IMG/VR virus record: IMGVR_UViG_3300044674_002189
Span: 1-37,871 of that record
DNA length: 37,871 bases
From: a virus
Lineage: Duplodnaviria > Caudoviricetes
Strand: one strand, 5' to 3'
The position numbers and the translations under genes are program-made. Positions 32,404-37,871 of this stretch are shown in pieces. Position 1 is the stretch's first letter. Each line of letters starts with the position of its first letter. The notes below the pieces were generated by a model. It had not been told where the DNA came from and ran no database searches. It was given only the letters and a program-made list of their open reading frames with translations.

Positions 32404-34491
32404 TTAGACGGCTCCGCCCATTTGCTGCATCAACGACATGATATCAGAAGCGGCAGCCTCCGGCGTTGGACCAGGCATTCCTAGCCCGTCCAACGCCCCC
32501 TGCGCTGCTGCCGGCAACCCGACCTGACCCGGAGGCGGCTGCGGAGACGGCATACCCATCGGGTCCAACGGAGGAACCATCGGCCCTTCCTCCGGGGTAG
32601 CTGCCTCACCCAACGCCGGGTCAAGGTTCGTACGCATCCGGGCATCACCAATCTCACGGGCAGACATCGTAGCGTGCGCCTGAATGTGCTCCGCAATCAT
32701 CTCTTTGTCTTCGTCAGACAACATCTCATAATCGACGGTCTTACGAAACTTGTTGTGTTCCTCAATGTGGACCTTGTGATTATCCCACGAGTACGGAACC
32801 GACTGGCGACCCAACCCGAAATGGGCGTTCTCCCTCCGGGCACGATCAACGTCAGGAGACGTAACCGACAACAAATCTCGCCCGTTCGGCAACTCAGCCA
32901 ACGCAATAAACGTCGCCGGCGTGATCTGCTCCGGGCCGTACGTCATCAGCATGTCTTTAGCGAACTCCATCGCAGCCGCACGAGACCGAGGCATGATCGC
33001 TTCTTCCGGCACGATCGCCGTCGTCTGCCCCCGCAAATCCTTACCGTTCCACTGAACATCAATCGGAGCGTTACCCGGGATGCGAACCGTAGACCGGCGA
33101 GACGTTTTCATCGCCTTCGTCTTGTCTTCGTAAATCGCCAACACCATCGACGCCAACCGGCCAAACGCCCGACCAGTTTCCTTCGTCAACCGCCCGATCG
33201 GGGTCGAATCTTTCTCAGCAAGAATCGTCAAACCAAACCCCGACTCGATGTTCGCCGGAGCCGACCCACGAGAAATGTCATGCACACCCATGATGTCGTC
33301 GATCTGCTCAGCCAACCGGTCAGGCTGCTGAATCCACCAGCCCGGCATCTGCGGCGGAGACAAATAGTCCGGCTTCACCGGCAAACTGTCATTGTACGGC
33401 ACCATCTCGCCGGGCAGATCCGTAAGATTATCCATCATCTCAATAGACGAATACGGAACCAGTAGCCGGGCGTTACCCGCCAGCTTCATGTGCTCAGCAA
33501 TAGACGACCAGCTCACGTTAAACAACGTCTGCAACGGGCGGGCCTGAGTCAACACCGTCTCCCCAGTCCACCGGCCCTCACGCAACGTCTCACGCATCAC
33601 AACCAGATTCAGCCGGTCAGTGAACGGGAACGGCCACTCCGACTCGAACACGACCTTGTCGTCAACGATCGTACAAACCTTACCCTCAGGGCACGACGGG
33701 TTCGGACGTTCATAATACGTCAACACCAACGTCATGTCAGAAATGTTAGAATCGCCGCCCCGATCAAAAGACATCAACTTGCGTTGGAACGGAGCCAGCC
33801 CAGACGTCGCATCAGACGCCGGCGTGTCTTCCAACCCGAACATGTCTTTCACCTGCTGCGGCGGCAACCCCACAGCCTTAATCCAATACCGGGCCTTCTC
33901 CGGGTACCGGCAGCCAGGCTCAACAACAAACTGGCTAATGTTCAAATGTTCCTCGTAGGTGTCGCCCTTACCCAACGGCGAACCCTGCGTGTCGTCAGAC
34001 AAAATCTCGGCAGCGTCCGGGTCCCAATCAACACACATTGCGGCAGTGCCGCCCGCCCACACCGCAGCCAACGCGTTCTCCCGCAGCTCCTCCCAATTAT
34101 GGTCGTGAGCAACAGCACGGCAAATCGTTTCCGCAAGGCGAGCACCCCGCACATGGCTGTCGTCCGCAGCAGACGGCGGAACCTCAAACATCAGTTCACG
34201 TTGCATCAACGTAGAAATGATCGTGCGAGTATTCGGAGCCAACCGGTTCACCGTAGCCTGCACCCGCTCCGGGTCCTCCGGCAACTGATCTAGACGGCCA
34301 GACGCCTCAGACCAAAACAGCCACTGATACCCGGACAGAAACGCAGTGTTCAGCCAGTAATCTCGCAGCTCCGTACGGATACCCTGAGTAGCTTTCCAAT
34401 ACAAGTCGTTAATGACCGCAGCGTCAGCCGCCGTAGCATTAACACCCTGATTAGATTCGAACGTCTTTGAAGAAGAGTCAGCGTCAGCCAT
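32404..34491 (-). CDS. portal protein
   Basis: 695 aa after the terminase; F..G.QW, TVNRL, Q...N...S, NH.VHIEEH motifs; Pro-rich tail. Confidence 0.88.
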   Translation of the reverse strand: MADADSSSKTFESNQGVNATAADAAVINDLYWKATQGIRTELRDYWLNTAFLSGYQWLFWSEASGRLDQLPEDPERVQATVNRLAPNTRTIISTLMQRELMFEVPPSAADDSHVRGARLAETICRAVAHDHNWEELRENALAAVWAGGTAAMCVDWDPDAAEILSDDTQGSPLGKGDTYEEHLNISQFVVEPGCRYPEKARYWIKAVGLPPQQVKDMFGLEDTPASDATSGLAPFQRKLMSFDRGGDSNISDMTLVLTYYERPNPSCPEGKVCTIVDDKVVFESEWPFPFTDRLNLVVMRETLREGRWTGETVLTQARPLQTLFNVSWSSIAEHMKLAGNARLLVPYSSIEMMDNLTDLPGEMVPYNDSLPVKPDYLSPPQMPGWWIQQPDRLAEQIDDIMGVHDISRGSAPANIESGFGLTILAEKDSTPIGRLTKETGRAFGRLASMVLAIYEDKTKAMKTSRRSTVRIPGNAPIDVQWNGKDLRGQTTAIVPEEAIMPRSRAAAMEFAKDMLMTYGPEQITPATFIALAELPNGRDLLSVTSPDVDRARRENAHFGLGRQSVPYSWDNHKVHIEEHNKFRKTVDYEMLSDEDKEMIAEHIQAHATMSAREIGDARMRTNLDPALGEAATPEEGPMVPPLDPMGMPSPQPPPGQVGLPAAAQGALDGLGMPGPTPEAAASDIMSLMQQMGGAV

Positions 34492-34506
34492 AGAACAATC
34501 CTATCA
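34489..34506 (-). promoter_or_regulatory. extended -10 leaderless promoter (portal)
   Basis: TGA-TAGGAT-TGTTCT-ATG. Confidence 0.72.
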
Positions 34507-34507
34507 C

Positions 34508-34777
34508 CTACACGCCGTGCGGCTTTTTCGCACGAGCCTCCGGGTCAGGAAACAACCCTCCCGACTGGATCAGTTCCTTCTGAAACTCCAACGCCTTCTT
34601 CGCCTGCTCATCAACATCGCGCTTCTGCAACACACGGCGGGCATCGTTCTCGCCGTTGACCTGCAACGCCGCAGCGTGCGAATCTCGCAACTCCCGAAGA
34701 AACCTCGCAGACAACCAAGTGCCCAACGCCGCCTCAACAATCACCGCAACAACCAGCACCGCAACAGCCCAAATCAT
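34508..34777 (-). CDS. small N-terminal TM protein
   Basis: Hydrophobic N-terminus; ATGA-coupled. Confidence 0.7.
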   Translation of the reverse strand: MIWAVAVLVVAVIVEAALGTWLSARFLRELRDSHAAALQVNGENDARRVLQKRDVDEQAKKALEFQKELIQSGGLFPDPEARAKKPHGV

Positions 34778-35121
34778 CGAGCCACCTCACGCACCGCCGC
34801 CAGCTGAGATTCCAACTCAGCGACCTGCCCACGCAACTCCATCACCTCAGCCTCCAACGCCTCATCCGGCGTCATCACCAACGTGTCCGGATCAATCCAG
34901 CCAACCAGCCGAGCCAACTGCTCAGCCGCATCCTGACCAATCGTAAAAAACCCGTACCACTCGTCAACGTGCTGACCCCGATACACAACCTCGCCCGGCC
35001 GTTTATTAAACCCAGACATCGCGCACCGGTGAGTGCCCTCGTTATCCGCAGGCGTATAGTTCGGCTGAATACTCCACTCAACCTCAGTAGGACTGTACTC
35101 GTAATTTGGGGTAGCCATCAT
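34774..35121 (-). CDS. hypothetical protein with C-terminal coiled coil
   Basis: SD GGAGG; 115 aa. Confidence 0.7.
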   Translation of the reverse strand: MMATPNYEYSPTEVEWSIQPNYTPADNEGTHRCAMSGFNKRPGEVVYRGQHVDEWYGFFTIGQDAAEQLARLVGWIDPDTLVMTPDEALEAEVMELRGQVAELESQLAAVREVAR

Positions 35122-35151
35122 GCGCCTCCAGTGCGCTCGGGGGTTTTCACA

Positions 35152-35160
35152 ATCATAGCA
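35152..35160 (-). promoter_or_regulatory. extended -10 promoter after terL (leadered)
   Basis: TGC-TATGAT immediately after the terL stop. Confidence 0.55.
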
Positions 35161-36876
35161 CTACCAGCGCCCAACCCCAGGCAGCCGCTTCCGGCCCCGC
35201 CGGTTCCGACCCGCCAACTCCGCAATGTGCGCCTGCGCCTTCTCCTCCGGCGTAACCGGATCACGTTTACGTTCAATCCACGGCGGCAAATTCTTGTACA
35301 CCTGCACCGCATACCCCAACGCATCAACCTGATCGTCATGCGTCGTGTTCGGAAACTTCGTCAACTCGCTCTCAAATTCCTGCAACCACTCGGCGTCCCT
35401 CGGAAACCACAACATCCCGTTCAACACCTCATACTGCACCGGCAACGCCCGAATCACCTTAGACGTATCCGCCTTCAACTTCTGAACCACCACACCCGGC
35501 ACACCAATCAGCCGCCGAATCAGATTCGTACCAAACGTCCGATCCTCAACATGCAACGCCTGCAACCCGTACCGCTCATACCAATCCAACACATGCTTCT
35601 CGTGATGCTCCGTAGTGATCCGCACCCGCTCCACCGCACGCACAAACGCACGCCGAGGGTTTTCCTTAGAAACATCCATCACCACCAACACCGTATAGTC
35701 GCTACGTTTCGTGTCCGTACCCGCAACATCCAACGTCCCAAACCGGTAACACTCCACCTCCTCAACAAACGCCGTAGCCCCATGCTCATCCGTCGTCGAA
35801 TAAACCCCGCCCACCAAATCGTAATACAAAAACGGGCGCTTAATAATGTTGCCCTCATCAAGAGACGGGTTCCCCTGATACAACGCCTCAAACCAAATCT
35901 TGCCCTCAGCAGACGTATCACGAGTCTCCCGCAACTCCGAAGCAGAAAACCGAGACGGACACAACGCCTCGCCAGGCCGGCGACCCAACGGGCAAGGACG
36001 ATCCTCCACCGCCAACGCAGGCAAATTCAACACAGCCCACCGGTCACCCGCAGACGGAACATCCGGCACCAGCTGCCCATGCAAATCCTCCTCATGCCAC
36101 CGAGTAGACATCACCACCACACGCCCAGGCGTCCCATCCGCCCACGGCTCACGACGCGTATACAACGTCGAATGCCACCAATCCAACAACTTATCCCGCT
36201 CAATCTTAGACATCGCCTGCTCAGCGTTCTTCACCGGATCATCAACAATAATCAAATGACCACCCGAACCAGTCAACGGGCCACCCGCACCAGCACACTT
36301 CATCATGCCCCGATGCCCCTCCAAATCAAACTGCATCTTAGACGCAGCCCGACCGCCCGTAACCTCAATACCAAACTCTGGATGATTAGAAATATGATCC
36401 CTAACCTTACCGCCCCAAGACGCAGCAAACGTCGCCTCATACGACGCCAACAAACACCCATACTCAGGATAATTAGACAAAAACCAGGCAGGCAAATGCT
36501 CACTCACCAAAAAACTTTTACCATGACGAGGCGGCATAGAAATAGCCAAATTAAACACCGGCCGATCCCCACGGGTGGGGTGCACCAACAACGGCCGCCC
36601 CTCATCATCCAACTCCCCATCCGCCGAAGGAACCGCCTCAGGACCCGGCCCATCAAAATACAACCGGCCATCCAACAACGCAACCAGCCACGAATTCAAC
36701 AACGCAACATGCCCATACCGTTTAGCGCCAGACACCGTCTCCGCATAATCCAACGGAGACAACAACTGCCCATGCAACTCCAACGCCCGAGCATACAACG
36801 CAACCTCATCAGGTTTCGCCGCCGCCAAATGCTCCGCAGGAATAGAAAGAACCGACGCCCTAGCCGCCGGATCCAT
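35161..36876 (-). CDS. terL: terminase large subunit
   Basis: MPPRHGKS, IIVDDPVK, TRWHEEDL, LYQGNP, D.A...SDYT, FP...HDDQVDA. Confidence 0.96.
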   Translation of the reverse strand: MDPAARASVLSIPAEHLAAAKPDEVALYARALELHGQLLSPLDYAETVSGAKRYGHVALLNSWLVALLDGRLYFDGPGPEAVPSADGELDDEGRPLLVHPTRGDRPVFNLAISMPPRHGKSFLVSEHLPAWFLSNYPEYGCLLASYEATFAASWGGKVRDHISNHPEFGIEVTGGRAASKMQFDLEGHRGMMKCAGAGGPLTGSGGHLIIVDDPVKNAEQAMSKIERDKLLDWWHSTLYTRREPWADGTPGRVVVMSTRWHEEDLHGQLVPDVPSAGDRWAVLNLPALAVEDRPCPLGRRPGEALCPSRFSASELRETRDTSAEGKIWFEALYQGNPSLDEGNIIKRPFLYYDLVGGVYSTTDEHGATAFVEEVECYRFGTLDVAGTDTKRSDYTVLVVMDVSKENPRRAFVRAVERVRITTEHHEKHVLDWYERYGLQALHVEDRTFGTNLIRRLIGVPGVVVQKLKADTSKVIRALPVQYEVLNGMLWFPRDAEWLQEFESELTKFPNTTHDDQVDALGYAVQVYKNLPPWIERKRDPVTPEEKAQAHIAELAGRNRRGRKRLPGVGRW

Positions 36877-37016
36877 TACCGCTTCTCCCGCTCATCCCGC
36901 ACATCCCGCACATCCCGCTCAGGACAATGCAACGTCCAATGAGCAGAAGACCCGCACCTCGAACAAACCCCCGAAGAAACAAACCCAAACGTATACCGGT
37001 GACCAGCCTCAGACAT
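36876..37016 (-). CDS. 46-aa CCHC zinc-knuckle protein (below the ORF-track cutoff)
   Basis: MSEAGHRYTFGFVSSGVCSRCGSSAHWTLHCPERDVRDVRDEREKR; Cx2Cx4Hx4C; TAATG-coupled to terL. Confidence 0.7.
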   Translation of the reverse strand: MSEAGHRYTFGFVSSGVCSRCGSSAHWTLHCPERDVRDVRDEREKR

Positions 37017-37482
37017 CACTACCCCCCAACTCCCGAACAGAAACATCAATCACATCATCAGCATCCAACCGGGCCGCACGTTTAGCCAACTCCGTCTGCA
37101 ACTCCGCAACCCGAGCCAACGCCTCCGCCTGCCCCAACGCCAACGCATCCGGCGTAGCATCAATCTCCAACTGCCGCTTCTCCCCATACGTAGACCGGTC
37201 ATGCGCCGTCAACCACAACTTAATCGCACCCAAATCCCCCTGCAACGCCATATCCCGCAACACCTTCTCCACACCCTCACGAGACTCCGCCAACGCCCGA
37301 GACTCATCCAAACGAAACACCTCATCATCCGCCCTACGACGCTCAACCGTACGATAAGACACCCCCACCATACGGGCAGCCTCAAACTTTAAATTCCCAC
37401 GACGCAAATAATCAAGGTACTCCTTGCGTTTATCTTCCGTAAACTTCGTGTTACCATGCGGCTTCTCGGGGGATTTAGACAT
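37009..37482 (-). CDS. terS: terminase small subunit (HTH type)
   Basis: N-terminal HTH (FEAARMVGVSYRTV), GDLGAIKLWL...YG; upstream of terL; start placed at ATG 37482 from promoter spacing. Confidence 0.75.
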   Translation of the reverse strand: MSKSPEKPHGNTKFTEDKRKEYLDYLRRGNLKFEAARMVGVSYRTVERRRADDEVFRLDESRALAESREGVEKVLRDMALQGDLGAIKLWLTAHDRSTYGEKRQLEIDATPDALALGQAEALARVAELQTELAKRAARLDADDVIDVSVRELGGSDV

Positions 37483-37498
37483 AAATTCAATCATATCA
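37480..37498 (-). promoter_or_regulatory. extended -10 leaderless promoter (terS)
   Basis: TGA-TATGAT-TGAATTT-ATG (7-nt spacer). Confidence 0.62.
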
Positions 37499-37871
37499 TC
37501 TTAGCTAGCGCGCCGGTCAGGTATCTGCGAGCCCGAGTCAGCAACTCCGGATTATCTTGAAACATCCCCAGCCCGGTGTTGCATTGAGCGCACAGCAGCC
37601 CCCGCACCTCGCCGGTTTCGTGGTCGTGATCTACACACAGAATGTCGTTATACGGTACGGTATTGCATATACGGCATTTTCCTTCCAGCAAATCCGACCA
37701 CCACAAGTACCACGGGCCGCTCAGGTTATACTTATACTTCAGTTTCTTACGTCTCGGAGCAGACAACCGCTCCCTAGCATCCGCATAGCACGCCGGACAA
37801 TGATCCAACTTAGTCTTATTACGCCCCCCACACGTCGGACAAGCCCGACGAAGATTCGCAGCCTCCTTCTG
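37491..37871 (-). CDS. endonuclease VII-family nuclease (5' end outside window)
   Basis: GKCRIC...VDHDHETGEVRGLLCAQCNTGLG.FQDN; frame stays open to the window edge with another CPTC. Confidence 0.9.
   Translation of the reverse strand, partial: QKEAANLRRACPTCGGRNKTKLDHCPACYADARERLSAPRRKKLKYKYNLSGPWYLWWSDLLEGKCRICNTVPYNDILCVDHDHETGEVRGLLCAQCNTGLGMFQDNPELLTRARRYLTGALAKMI

Noticed and set aside
36886-36920. 9-bp tandem repeat CATCCCGCA as a regulatory array
   Set aside because: Only about three units; it encodes the RDV repeats of the zinc-knuckle ORF.
34969-36942. 657-aa + strand ORF and other long antisense ORFs (2117-3400, 5442-6668, 8795-10102, 32674-34293)
   Set aside because: Shadow frames of GC-rich, skewed genes on the opposite strand; Arg/His/Pro-rich with no motifs.
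1-37871. Prophage or lysogeny module, and genome termini
   Set aside because: No integrase, repressor, att site, host genes or terminal repeat visible; both window ends fall inside ORFs, so lifestyle cannot be called.

Overview
This GC-rich window is most of a tailed-phage genome, probably from an actinobacterial host (WhiB gene, TANNNT-type leaderless promoters, Lsr2-like domain), with two convergent arms. The + arm (1-15139) carries small early genes, WhiB, a DUF6378-like protein, family A DNA polymerase, HNH endonucleases, an SNF2 helicase, a Cas4-like nuclease/Sak4/SSB-like recombination module, a tRNA-like RNA, a rhomboid protease, a primase-helicase, lysis genes and an RNase H-fold exonuclease. 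The - arm (37871-15194) carries EndoVII, terminase, portal, scaffold, major capsid protein, a four-gene paralog array, adaptor, nozzle, tail fibre and internal/ejection proteins, with a podovirus-like layout and no tape measure. Most notable: (1) a complete HNH gene nested in the +1 frame inside an SNF2 helicase ORF that stays open, with no intron or intein; (2) a 74-nt alanine-identity RNA resembling the tRNA-like domain of tmRNA, directly upstream of a phage rhomboid protease; (3) an A-B-A-B paralog array with identical nucleotide flanks around variable cores; (4) at least eight TGN-TANNNT-N6-ATG leaderless promoters; (5) Lsr2-like repeats lacking the AT-hook on the giant virion protein. All family calls come from motif recognition by eye; no searches were run.
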